Shown here: one piece after another, positions 9,479 to 18,100 of the stretch
Layout of the letters: each line of letters starts with the position of its first letter
How positions within the stretch are numbered: position 1 is the first letter of the stretch
Virus record (IMG/VR): IMGVR_UViG_3300044615_001189
Coordinates: 1 to 50,182 of that record
From: a virus
Taxonomy: Duplodnaviria; Caudoviricetes
Strand: one strand, 5' to 3'
Length of the DNA: 50,182 nucleotides
The notes under the pieces: generated by a model
Seen by the model: only the letters and a program-made list of their open reading frames with translations
Told to the model about the DNA's origin: nothing
The model's database searches: none
Position numbers and translations under genes: made by a program

Positions 9479-9839
9479 CGAAGCCCGGCACGAACGGCCG
9501 TGGAGACACCACCGCATCCTGCCAGGGCATGAGCACTATGGTCCCCGGCGTCGCCTTCACCACCGACACGATGTTCTGCCCCGGTGAGGCGTCGATCCAC
9601 GTCCACACCTGCGCATCGCCCCACAGCAGCCGCGGCTGCGACACCACCACGCCATGCAGCTGCAGCATGCAGCTCCCCGGCTCGCGCATCACCTCCAGGC
9701 CCAGCCGCTCGCTCAGCGCCCAAGCCAGCACCTGGCCGCCGCGATCCACGCCATGCACACCGATCCGGTCGCGCGGGCACTGCGCCGCGATCACATCGAC
9801 CGCCGCCTCAAACCCGGCCCACGTCAGCTGGAGCAGCAT
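9471..9839 (-). CDS. Degenerate phosphoribosyltransferase-like (Gpt-like) protein
   Basis: LTW...GVDRGGQVLAWALSERLGL and a C-terminal MPWQD resemble Gpt; no VDD..TG PRPP loop; TGATG-coupled to the upstream gene. Confidence 0.55.
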   Translation of the reverse strand: MLLQLTWAGFEAAVDVIAAQCPRDRIGVHGVDRGGQVLAWALSERLGLEVMREPGSCMLQLHGVVVSQPRLLWGDAQVWTWIDASPGQNIVSVVKATPGTIVLMPWQDAVVSPRPFVPGFDD

Positions 9840-10354
9840 CAGTCCTTCCCAGGGATCCACGCCCTATTGAAGCTCCCGCCGCCCGCTTGCGCAGGCATCC
9901 CTGCACGATTGATCAGCCGCGCCACTTCCTCGCGCTCCATCCCCAGCCGCTTCTGGATCTCGCGCTCCGGCACGCCATCGGCCACCATCCGCCGCACGAT
10001 CTCCGCCATCCGCAGCACCGCATGCGTGCCCCGGGCCCGGTTGTGCCGGATCGTGCTCATCATCCGGTGCAGCGGATCCAGCCGTACCGTCACCACCGGC
10101 ACCATGCCGCCGGTGAGCGCCGCGACTCGAGGATCAGCGCTCACGGTCCATCGGTGGAACCCGTCCACGATCACGTGCTGCCCATCAGCCTCCGGCAGCA
10201 CCACGATCGGTTGCGTCCATCCGTCTTCCACCAGGCTGGTGATCAGCAGTTCCAGCTCCGGCGACGCCACCACGTTGGGGTTCCAGGCGTTGCCGACCAG
10301 CTTCTCCCGCGGCAGCCACCGCACCTTCGACACCGGTTGGTCCTTCACGCTCAC
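9839..10354 (-). CDS. ibrB: ParB-like nuclease domain protein, IbrB/YbdM family
   Basis: NAWNPNVVASPELELL, DGWTQPIV, IVDGFHR, MMSTIRHNRARGTH. Confidence 0.85.
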   Translation of the reverse strand: MSVKDQPVSKVRWLPREKLVGNAWNPNVVASPELELLITSLVEDGWTQPIVVLPEADGQHVIVDGFHRWTVSADPRVAALTGGMVPVVTVRLDPLHRMMSTIRHNRARGTHAVLRMAEIVRRMVADGVPEREIQKRLGMEREEVARLINRAGMPAQAGGGSFNRAWIPGKD

Positions 10355-11523
10355 CGCTTCACCTCCAGCGCCTTCACCTGCTCGAACGTCAGGCCCCGCC
10401 GTTGCGCCGCCGTGATCGCCCGCTGCGTCAGCTGGCCCTTCTTCCGGCCCTTCAGATCACCACGGCTCACGATGATGCAGATGTACTTCCAGCTCAGGCC
10501 CGACATCACATCGTCCTCCGCATCCGGGATCGGCCGCGCCGTCTTCTTCCGGTGCATCTTCATCACCGACGCCAGGCCCCGCGCGATCTCGCTCCGCTGC
10601 GGCTCCGGGTACAACTGCAGCATGCTCATCGCCCACTGCTGCCAGCTCATCCCCGGCGGTGGTTCCTTCAGCCTTGCCCCGTAGAGGTCCGTCAGCGCGT
10701 ACCGGCCCGCCGTGTTCACCCCATCGACGCGCCGCAGCATCCGCTCCCACAGCTCCGGCCAGCCATCGGCATACTTCCACAGCCCGCCCAGGGGCTCCTC
10801 GCCGAACGGCGGCGTCACCCGCTGCAGGCTCACGCTTGTGCCCAGCATCGCCTGCACGTCATACGACCGGTTGTAGTCCCACCCCTGCTGGCGCGCTGCG
10901 CGCCACACGTCCTCCGCCTTCCAGTCGTAGATCGGCTTGCAGTTCACGTAGTACCCCATCCGCGCATCCGCGATGTAGTTGTCCCGCGTCCGCCGCAGCA
11001 CCGTCTGCATCCTGCGCGGGCTCTCCTGCGCACGGATCCCCGTCAGGTCCGCCACTCGCCCGCACTCCGGGCCGAACAGGCACGGGCCCACATCATCCAC
11101 CTGCATCCCCGCGCGGAACCGCGGCACATCTCGCACCGTCACCGCCCCGGCCGGCAGCGGCCGGATCCATCGATCACGCGCCGCCTCATCCCAGCACACC
11201 CACCACGGCTCGCTCCTCGAGCACGCATTGCGGTGCGTCACCGGCAGGCAGCACCACCACAGCCGCACATCCTCCCGGCCCCGCACACGCTCCACGTACT
11301 CCACCGTCTCCGGGTAGCAGGCCTCCTCATCCACGAAGTACACATCCAGCGGCAGCCGGCCGCGCTCCCGCGCCACCTGCGCCGCCAGGTTCAGCACCAC
11401 CGTCGAATCCTTCCCGCCGCTGAAGCTCACCACCACGCGGTCCACCAGGTCGTAGATCCGGTGCAGCCGCTCCAGCGCCACCGCCAGCACGTCGCGCTCG
11501 ATCGCCCTCGGCTTCAGCGTCAT
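10351..11523 (-). CDS. ibrA: PAPS-reductase-like PP-loop protein, IbrA/YbdN (DUF3440) family
   Basis: SFSGGKDS, FVDEEA, RNACS, GIRAQESPRR, PIYDWKAEDVW, QRVTPPFG; ATG at 11523 overlaps the upstream stop. Confidence 0.88.
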   Translation of the reverse strand: MTLKPRAIERDVLAVALERLHRIYDLVDRVVVSFSGGKDSTVVLNLAAQVARERGRLPLDVYFVDEEACYPETVEYVERVRGREDVRLWWCCLPVTHRNACSRSEPWWVCWDEAARDRWIRPLPAGAVTVRDVPRFRAGMQVDDVGPCLFGPECGRVADLTGIRAQESPRRMQTVLRRTRDNYIADARMGYYVNCKPIYDWKAEDVWRAARQQGWDYNRSYDVQAMLGTSVSLQRVTPPFGEEPLGGLWKYADGWPELWERMLRRVDGVNTAGRYALTDLYGARLKEPPPGMSWQQWAMSMLQLYPEPQRSEIARGLASVMKMHRKKTARPIPDAEDDVMSGLSWKYICIIVSRGDLKGRKKGQLTQRAITAAQRRGLTFEQVKALEVKR

Positions 11524-12224
11524 CGCGTCTGGATCCCCGCCAGCTCCGCCGCCGACACACCGCTCACCATCGTCCTTCGCACCATCGGGTGATCCACATC
11601 CGTCGGGCCCGTGTCCGAATCCGGGTGCCACGCCACCACCGTCAGCCCGCTGTCCGCGTCCGTCAGGAATCGGTGCTCACCGTGCGGGTGGATCACGAAC
11701 ACCATCCCCGCCTGGAGCTTCTCCCGCCCCGCCGGCGTCTCGCACCATCCACGCCCACGCACCACCATCCCCACACGCACGCTCGGGTGGCTGTGCATCG
11801 TCTGCAGCGTCCCCATCGGGAACCACAGCCCATTCAGGCACGGATCCCCCAGCCGCACCGGCGGCACCAGCAGGCTGTCCGTGCAGCCGTCGATGTACCG
11901 CAGCCGCCCACGCTCCTCGAGAGGCCCGCCGATCGTCATCATCCCCAGCCAGCCCGCGCGGCTGATCACCAGCCCCCGGCTCAGGTCCGTCCCCACCGGC
12001 CGGATCTCGCACTTCCCCGGCACCGCCGCCCACATCCCCGCGGTCAGCACATGCGGCCACATGCCCGACTGCCGCACCGTCAGCGCGCCGTGCCAGCAGA
12101 ACACGAACTGCGTCGCGTCCTCACCCAGCACCAACGCCCCATCATCCACGCCCCACAGCCGACAGTCCGGCAGATCCCTCAGCAACCCATGCGCAATCTC
12201 AATCAGCTCCAGGCTTCTGCTCAT
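11520..12224 (-). CDS. Cupin-domain protein
   Basis: QTMHSHPSVRVG...HPHGEHRF metal-binding His pattern; YIDGCTDSLL; likely start MSRSLEL. Confidence 0.75.
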   Translation of the reverse strand: MSRSLELIEIAHGLLRDLPDCRLWGVDDGALVLGEDATQFVFCWHGALTVRQSGMWPHVLTAGMWAAVPGKCEIRPVGTDLSRGLVISRAGWLGMMTIGGPLEERGRLRYIDGCTDSLLVPPVRLGDPCLNGLWFPMGTLQTMHSHPSVRVGMVVRGRGWCETPAGREKLQAGMVFVIHPHGEHRFLTDADSGLTVVAWHPDSDTGPTDVDHPMVRRTMVSGVSAAELAGIQTR

Positions 12225-12927
12225 CCATCCACTCCCTGCAGAGCGTCGCCAGGGCCTCGGGCATCCCCTCCAGTCCCCATCGCTCCTTCGCCATCCGCAC
12301 CGCACCCAGCACCGCCTCGCGGTCATCCCACCGCAGGTTCACGCTGAACACGTGCCGCTCCTCCACTCCGCTGCTCTCCGCCGTCGCGTCGGTGCCATCG
12401 TCCTCGGGCTCCGGCGGTGCCGCCCCGGGCCGCCCGGCCTCCGGCTCCACTCGCTCGTTCGCGTTGCTGCTGCCCCCGCCGCTCATCTCCTCGAGCACCA
12501 GGAGCTCCAGCCCATCATGCAGCCGCTGCAGCTCGTCCTCGTCGAAGCCCAGCAACCTGGGATCCAGGTCGATCGCCGCCAGCTCCTTCGCCAGCAGCTC
12601 CTGGTCCCACGTCGCGCCCTCCGCCAGCTTGTTGTCCGCCAGCAGGTACGCACGCCGCTGCTTTTCATCCAGGTGGTCGAGCACCACCACCGGCACCTCC
12701 GCCAGCCCCAGCAGCTCCGCCGCCAGCAGCCGGCCGTGGCCCGCCAGGATCCCGTCGTCGCTGTCGACCAGGATCGGCGCGGTGAAGCCGAACTCGCGGA
12801 TGCTCGCCGCGATGCTCTCCACTTGCCGTTCGGAATGGACCCGCGCATTACGCGCATAGGGCCGCAGGCGCTCCAGCGGCCACATCTCCAGCCGCTTCGC
12901 CATCGCAGGAATGCTCACGTCGCTCAT
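12199..12927 (-). CDS. ParB/Srx N-terminal domain protein
   Basis: LRPYARNARVH, SIREFGFTAPILVD, ILAGHGRL, ADNKL; the type usually fused to phage methyltransferases but stand-alone here. Confidence 0.88.
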   Translation of the reverse strand: MSDVSIPAMAKRLEMWPLERLRPYARNARVHSERQVESIAASIREFGFTAPILVDSDDGILAGHGRLLAAELLGLAEVPVVVLDHLDEKQRRAYLLADNKLAEGATWDQELLAKELAAIDLDPRLLGFDEDELQRLHDGLELLVLEEMSGGGSSNANERVEPEAGRPGAAPPEPEDDGTDATAESSGVEERHVFSVNLRWDDREAVLGAVRMAKERWGLEGMPEALATLCREWMDEQKPGAD

Positions 12928-12959
12928 GCCGTCATCAGGCCATCAGCACCCATGCTTGC

Positions 12960-13200
12960 GCAACCATGCGCCCCCCTACCGCTGGCTCCTTCCTGATCAA
13001 TTTCTGGCGCACCAGGCCCGAAACAGCCCGCTCAGGTTCTCGCAATAACGGCGGCTTATTGAGAAACCCAGTCAGGGACTGGCTTTTGCAACCCCGAAAA
13101 TCGGCTGGCTCTAGCGAAATTCTGGGGCACGGATGCGCGCGGGTGGGTCGACCCAGAAGGACCCAAAACCGTGGGGGTGGGGGGGTGGGTGCGGAGGTTG
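12960..13200. other. Candidate cos / packaging-initiation region
   Basis: Non-coding gap before the packaging operon with inverted repeats at 13037-13065, 13068-13082 and 13144-13155. Confidence 0.45.
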
Positions 13201-13215
13201 CGGAAGGGTTGCGAA

Positions 13216-14085
13216 TCAGGCGGGCTCGCAGGAGACCTCTACCCCGCTCTCCTTGGAGGGCTTGAGGCGCAGCCAGATGCCGCCCAGGCTCTTGGGCATG
13301 ACGATGCGCTCCACTGCCCATCCCCCTCCACCCTGGAACTCCTCCTTGTAGGTCCCTGTCTGCAGGTGCCAGCGTGTGGCGATGCGCTGCTTGCCTGCGT
13401 TGGTCAGGCGATAGCAGGGATGGGAGACGATGGTGCGCTCGTGGTTGTGGCCGTTGACCAGGATGTCGGCATCAGGGGCGATGGAGGCATAGCGGCCTCC
13501 CCCCATGGTGCCCTTGGTCACGATGCCCCCCCATGCGCCGTGATGGAAGAACAGGGTCGTGCGCCGTGTGCGCTCATCACCTCTGCTGCTGCTGCGGTAG
13601 AAGCTGAACTGCACGAAGCCCTGGTAGCGCATGTGCTCGACCGGCGAGCCATGGCGATCACGCATCAGGCGGGTGAGGTTGCCGAGCGGATCGATCTCGT
13701 TGTGGCTGATGATCGCGGTCTCGTGGTTGCCGTTGCTCATCATCAGGATGGTCTGCGCGAATGGCTTGAGCCAGTCGGCGGCCTCGTTGAGCACCAGGTC
13801 GAAGTAGTTGGAGCCGAGGTGCTCCGGGCGGATGCTGCCCTTGCTGGCGCGGCGATCGCGCTTGCCCTGCATGAGGCAGAGCACGTCGCCAAACATGAGG
13901 GCATGGCCGCCGCGGCCCTGGGCCTCCTTGAGGTGCTTGCGTAGCAGCTCACGATCGCACTTCGGATTGTCGAGGTGGATGTCGGAGCAGAGCAGGAACT
14001 CGTGGGTGCGAGGCCTGTCGTAGGGGATGCGGATCTCCAGCAGCTCCGGTGAGTGGCGCAGCAGTTTCAGCCGGTCTTGCGCCAT
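13216..14085 (-). CDS. Calcineurin-like metallophosphoesterase
   Basis: SDIH, FGD, GNHE, HHG and GHNH motifs in canonical order. Confidence 0.85.
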   Translation of the reverse strand: MAQDRLKLLRHSPELLEIRIPYDRPRTHEFLLCSDIHLDNPKCDRELLRKHLKEAQGRGGHALMFGDVLCLMQGKRDRRASKGSIRPEHLGSNYFDLVLNEAADWLKPFAQTILMMSNGNHETAIISHNEIDPLGNLTRLMRDRHGSPVEHMRYQGFVQFSFYRSSSRGDERTRRTTLFFHHGAWGGIVTKGTMGGGRYASIAPDADILVNGHNHERTIVSHPCYRLTNAGKQRIATRWHLQTGTYKEEFQGGGGWAVERIVMPKSLGGIWLRLKPSKESGVEVSCEPA

Positions 14086-14125
14086 CTGCAGGGAAGCGGC
14101 GGTATCAGGTTAGACCAATCGCCAA

Positions 14126-14749
14126 TCAGCCTGCCTTGAGGCCATAGCCGCGCGAGGACGCCCCCAGGGCGCGAAGGATGCCGGTCTCGAGTCGCTCCTC
14201 GATGCGCTTCTGCACCGCAGCCTGGATGCGGTCTTTGTGCTTGCCGCCGAGATACATGGAGGCAACGGAGAGGCCGAAGACGAACTGCATGCCCTTGCGT
14301 GGGCTGTTGCGGGTGCGGTCGTAGCTGTAGGGGCGGTTGGTCTCGGGCTTGAAGGCGAGCTTGCCGCGGGAGCGCTGGGCGCGGTTGTACTGCAGGAAGC
14401 CCGACTTGATGAGGGTGCGCTTGCCACCGCGATAGAAGCGCAGGGTGAGCCCCTTGCGATTCTGGATGGGCTTGAACTGCTGCGCAGAGACAGGCTGGGA
14501 GCTGGCGTGGATGGCGGCCGTGGTGCCTCGGGTCTCCACGAAGAGATCGTCCTTGATGCGGGCGGAGGGGACGACGACGCCACCGCGACGCATCTCGGTG
14601 GCCATGACGACCTTGCCGGATCGGGCGGCATAGCGGACGCCGGCTTCGACGGCCTTGGGGATGTCGCGAGTGGCCAGGTTCCTGAAGGCGGCCTCCAGCT
14701 TGGCGTCGCCGGTGATGCGAGCGGAAAGGTCGACGCTGATCTGTGTCAT
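14126..14749 (-). CDS. Lambda gpZ-like neck / minor tail protein
   Basis: Basic 207 aa protein, ...IKSGF...GLSVASM... pattern. Confidence 0.5.
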   Translation of the reverse strand: MTQISVDLSARITGDAKLEAAFRNLATRDIPKAVEAGVRYAARSGKVVMATEMRRGGVVVPSARIKDDLFVETRGTTAAIHASSQPVSAQQFKPIQNRKGLTLRFYRGGKRTLIKSGFLQYNRAQRSRGKLAFKPETNRPYSYDRTRNSPRKGMQFVFGLSVASMYLGGKHKDRIQAAVQKRIEERLETGILRALGASSRGYGLKAG

Positions 14750-14773
14750 GGCTGCCTCCTGTGGGTCCAGTCT

Positions 14774-14964
14774 GCCAACCTGCTGAGCTTGCCAACCTCG
14801 CCAACCTGCCGACCTTTTCCCTTACGCGGGTCCACGGGCCCCTAATAGCCCCCTATTCCCCCCTTTATTTCTACTATCCCTTTTAGGTTGGAAGGTTAGA
14901 AGGGATAGCAGCCGCCTTGCAGCGCAAGGGGTTTGGCCTTGCTAACCTCAGTCAGCGAGGTTGG
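14774..14964. repeat. Iteron-like (G)CCAACCT array, candidate replication origin
   Basis: GCCAACCT at 14774, 14791, 14800; GCCGACCT at 14808; inverted AGGTTGG/AGGTTAG at 14885, 14893, 14958; T-rich core 14844-14884; directly after the primase gene. Confidence 0.6.
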
Positions 14965-17192
14965 AAGAAGACCCACTTCTGCTGGCCGTCGATGGTCAGC
15001 CGGCGCTTGGACCATCCAACCTCCCGCATGATGCTGCCAACCATCATCTGGTCGGCACGGGTCTGCTGACCGATGGGTTTCTGGACGGCTTCGGTCAGCA
15101 GGAGCTCTGAGGTGATGACCCGGGTGGCGTTGGCTGGGGCCCGCAGCCAGGTGGTGATGGGTTCGCGCCAGGGGTTGGAGACCTGGTAGGCCTCGTTCTC
15201 GCGGTTCACCTGCAGGGAGAGATCGAGGGGGAGGTAGTTGGGCTCCCCGGCGCGGTGTGCATGGACGGCAGCGGACCAGATGGCGTCGCGCTCGGCGGCG
15301 AGGGTGCCGGTGTCGATCGGCTCGGCCTCGTGGCGGGTGGTGGGGATGACCCAGAAGCGGCGGTTGCCGGTGTCGTCGACGAGGAAACCTTCGGAGCGGT
15401 TGGTCGAGCCGACGATGATGCCGCGGCGTGGGGTGTGCTCCACCGCCTTGCCGTAGGGGGCGCGGAACAGATCGGTCTGGGTGGTGAGGAAGGACTTGAT
15501 CTGGCCCGCATGCTTGCGGGAGGTGACGTGATCGAGCTCGGCCCACTCCATGATCCAGGAGCGGTGGAGCTTGAGCAGGTCGTCCTTGGAGGAGAGGTCA
15601 CCAAGGGAGTCGGAGAAGAAGGGCCCGCCGAGGACTGACCAGAAGGAGGACTTCCTGGCCCCCTGATCGCCGGAGAGAATGCAGGTGGTGTCGTGCTTCG
15701 AGCCGGGGTTAAAGGCGCGGCGGACTGCACCGATGAGGGTGCAGCGGAGCATGTGGTCGTAGAGGGTGGGCTGGCCGTGGGCGTTGTCCTCGGGGCGTAG
15801 GTAGGCGGTGGCGAGGCCGTCGATGTAGGCGGGGGCCACGGTGGCGGCGACGTGCTCCAGGTAGAGGGTTACCGGGTCGTAGGGGTGCTCACGTGCCACC
15901 TGCACGAGGGCGTCGATGGCGAGGTCCTTGGAGACCTTGAAGCCCTGATCGGCGAGGGTGAGGTAAAAGCGCTCGGCACCTTCGAGGGGAGCGCCGTCGA
16001 CCTCGACCTGCTGGTGGAAGGTGTTCCAGCGGATGCGCTGCCCGTCGCCGGCCTGGTGGCGAAGCATGAAGAGGAGCTCCGCCGCCTCGAGCTTCTGCGG
16101 CTTGGCGAGCGAGGCCGCGTAGGGCTGCTGCGGGGCCTGCTGCTGCTGCTGCGGTGAGGAGTTGTCAAGCGATCCTTGACGACTGGCCTGCTGCTGGCCC
16201 CGTGGAGACGGCAGGACGGCTCGCTGGGTCCGGGTGTGGAAGCGCAGCCGATCGTGCAGCTTCTCCTCGGGCGTGGATGGCCTGGGGCTGCGGGATTCGG
16301 CACCGTCGAAGCGATGCCAGGCCTTCTTCTCGTCGAAGTCGCGGGCCTTGGTCCGTGCGGCGGCGATGTGGAGCGCGAAGGCCTGGGCGGCGGTGATGTC
16401 GGGGCTGTGGCCCTGGGCGCGGATCCAGGCCTCAGTGCCGCGCAGATCGAGGGCGAGGGCCAGCTGGTCGTCGTTCCAGGATCCTGGGGTGCCGCCGGAG
16501 TCGATCAGATCGCGAGAGGTGCGGCTGATGAAGTCGAGCAGCGGCAGCGTCTCAGCGTGAGATCCTTGGGGCGTTACTGGGATTCCAGTAACGGGTGGCC
16601 GGTTATCAGTCGTGAGCAGCGGTGTGGGCTCGGGCTCGGGCTGATCGAGGAGCAGCTCGATGAGAGCTGCGGGCGCTTCGGCGAGGGATTGCTCAGTGGG
16701 GCCGCGGCCCTTGAGCCAGCGGTAGCCGGTGGTTTCGGGGTGAGCGCCGATGACGACCGAGTAGTGGCCGACCCACCTGAGATCAAGGTTCTCGACCTTG
16801 CCCTGTGCGTCGAGCTGGCCGGTCTTGAAGACGCGGCGGCCCTTGAGGGCATCCCAGAAGTCTTGAGGTACTTGGTAAAGGATTTGGAAGCGGCCGTCCT
16901 TGCCACTGGTCATGGCGAGGGACTTGGGCAGGTCACGGAGGGGCAGGCCCAGGCGCTCCAGCTCGGCGGTGGCGCTGATGCCGTCGTGATCGACGAACAG
17001 CAGGCCAGTGGGTGGGCCGGCGATGACGCCGACGGCGCGAGCGCGGCCGGCGCGGATCTCGGCCGCCACCTGCGCCTTGGTGAGCGGGTTGGCCTGCCAG
17101 GCCTTCTGGTAGGCGCGCTTGTTGCCATCGACGGCCACCAGGGGCCAGCCGTCAGGCAGAGCCTGGAGCTGCTGAAGGAGCTGTTGGGTCAC
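14952..17192 (-). CDS. Prim-Pol primase fused to VapE/VirE-family helicase
   Basis: N-terminal VDHDG...HPETTGYRW; C-terminal GDQGARKSS Walker A, EWAELD, RAPYG, DDTGNRRFW. Confidence 0.92.
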   Translation of the reverse strand: MTQQLLQQLQALPDGWPLVAVDGNKRAYQKAWQANPLTKAQVAAEIRAGRARAVGVIAGPPTGLLFVDHDGISATAELERLGLPLRDLPKSLAMTSGKDGRFQILYQVPQDFWDALKGRRVFKTGQLDAQGKVENLDLRWVGHYSVVIGAHPETTGYRWLKGRGPTEQSLAEAPAALIELLLDQPEPEPTPLLTTDNRPPVTGIPVTPQGSHAETLPLLDFISRTSRDLIDSGGTPGSWNDDQLALALDLRGTEAWIRAQGHSPDITAAQAFALHIAAARTKARDFDEKKAWHRFDGAESRSPRPSTPEEKLHDRLRFHTRTQRAVLPSPRGQQQASRQGSLDNSSPQQQQQAPQQPYAASLAKPQKLEAAELLFMLRHQAGDGQRIRWNTFHQQVEVDGAPLEGAERFYLTLADQGFKVSKDLAIDALVQVAREHPYDPVTLYLEHVAATVAPAYIDGLATAYLRPEDNAHGQPTLYDHMLRCTLIGAVRRAFNPGSKHDTTCILSGDQGARKSSFWSVLGGPFFSDSLGDLSSKDDLLKLHRSWIMEWAELDHVTSRKHAGQIKSFLTTQTDLFRAPYGKAVEHTPRRGIIVGSTNRSEGFLVDDTGNRRFWVIPTTRHEAEPIDTGTLAAERDAIWSAAVHAHRAGEPNYLPLDLSLQVNRENEAYQVSNPWREPITTWLRAPANATRVITSELLLTEAVQKPIGQQTRADQMMVGSIMREVGWSKRRLTIDGQQKWVFFQPR

Positions 17193-17383
17193 GGAGCTTC
17201 CCGGATGGCGTCGGCGGCCCGCTGAAGGGCGTGAAGGATCTCAGGCTTGCTGCCGGGCGAGAAGCGGCAGTCGATGATCGCCTGCTCCCGGAGCTGGTGA
17301 AGGACGCGGATGGCCCGTTCGCGTTCGTGCAGCACCCCGGCGCGCCATGCGAGGGAGTCGGGGATCTCGAGGACGTCGCTCAT
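17189..17383 (-). CDS. Hypothetical protein
   Basis: MSDVLEIPDS..., overlap-coupled on both sides. Confidence 0.6.
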   Translation of the reverse strand: MSDVLEIPDSLAWRAGVLHERERAIRVLHQLREQAIIDCRFSPGSKPEILHALQRAADAIREAP

Positions 17384-17679
17384 GCCTCGGGCTCCAGCTC
17401 GGGGGAGGCTGGGAAGGGGAAGGAGGAGACGAGCTCCTGAGCAGTGAGGCCTCGATCCTGGGCAGCGCGGACGATGCGGTTGGTGAGGACGCGGGCGTTC
17501 TTCACCGTGGCCTCGCAGACGAACCAAGACCAGTTGCGGAAGCGGATCTGCTGCTCCGCCCAGACCTCGGGCTTGAGGGCCCAGTTGAGGGCCTGCTCGT
17601 TCGATTGGCAGTGGCAGTGGTTGGCGTCGCGGAAGAGGCGACGCAGACGGACCATGGCGGTCTCGGGAGCGATGGTCAT
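17380..17679 (-). CDS. Hypothetical protein
   Basis: MTIAPETAMVRLRRLF..., follows the promoter at 17703-17753. Confidence 0.6.
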   Translation of the reverse strand: MTIAPETAMVRLRRLFRDANHCHCQSNEQALNWALKPEVWAEQQIRFRNWSWFVCEATVKNARVLTNRIVRAAQDRGLTAQELVSSFPFPASPELEPEA

Positions 17680-17702
17680 GACGGGATGCAGAGTGCCCAC
17701 CG

Positions 17703-17753
17703 ACGCTACGGGCTGGAGGCGGTCTAGGCCCGTGGGTTGTAACAGTGCTTCAC
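17703..17753 (-). promoter_or_regulatory. HLR1-like direct repeat plus -10 box
   Basis: GTGAAG-CACT-GTTACA (17753-17738), 29 nt, TAGCGT. Confidence 0.6.
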
Positions 17754-18100
17754 AGTCGCAGGATGGAGAGGGCATCGGGGATTGAGCGCGCGATGCCGGC
17801 CAGGCCGCCTGCCTGCTGCACCAGGTTGATGAAGGCCTGCTGCTGTTCGGTGGGGCGGCCGCGGTCCTTGACCTCCACGGCGGTGAAGACGGCCACGCGC
17901 TGGCCCACCATGTCGGGGGTGATGGTGATGGTGCGGAAGCCGATGAGATCGCTGCTGCCGGGGCAGAGGCCGTAGCGCACCAGCTGGCCCTGGGCATCGC
18001 GAAGGGCACCGACGTTGTTGCGCCAGAGGCGAGCGGGGCCCCTGCCGGCTTCGAGCTGGATCTTCGATTGGATGAGCCGCTCATCCGAACGCTCGGGCAT
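17750..18100 (-). CDS. VRR-NUC domain nuclease
   Basis: LWRNNVG, GSSDLIG, AVEVK..GRPTEQQQAF. Confidence 0.88.
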   Translation of the reverse strand: MPERSDERLIQSKIQLEAGRGPARLWRNNVGALRDAQGQLVRYGLCPGSSDLIGFRTITITPDMVGQRVAVFTAVEVKDRGRPTEQQQAFINLVQQAGGLAGIARSIPDALSILRL

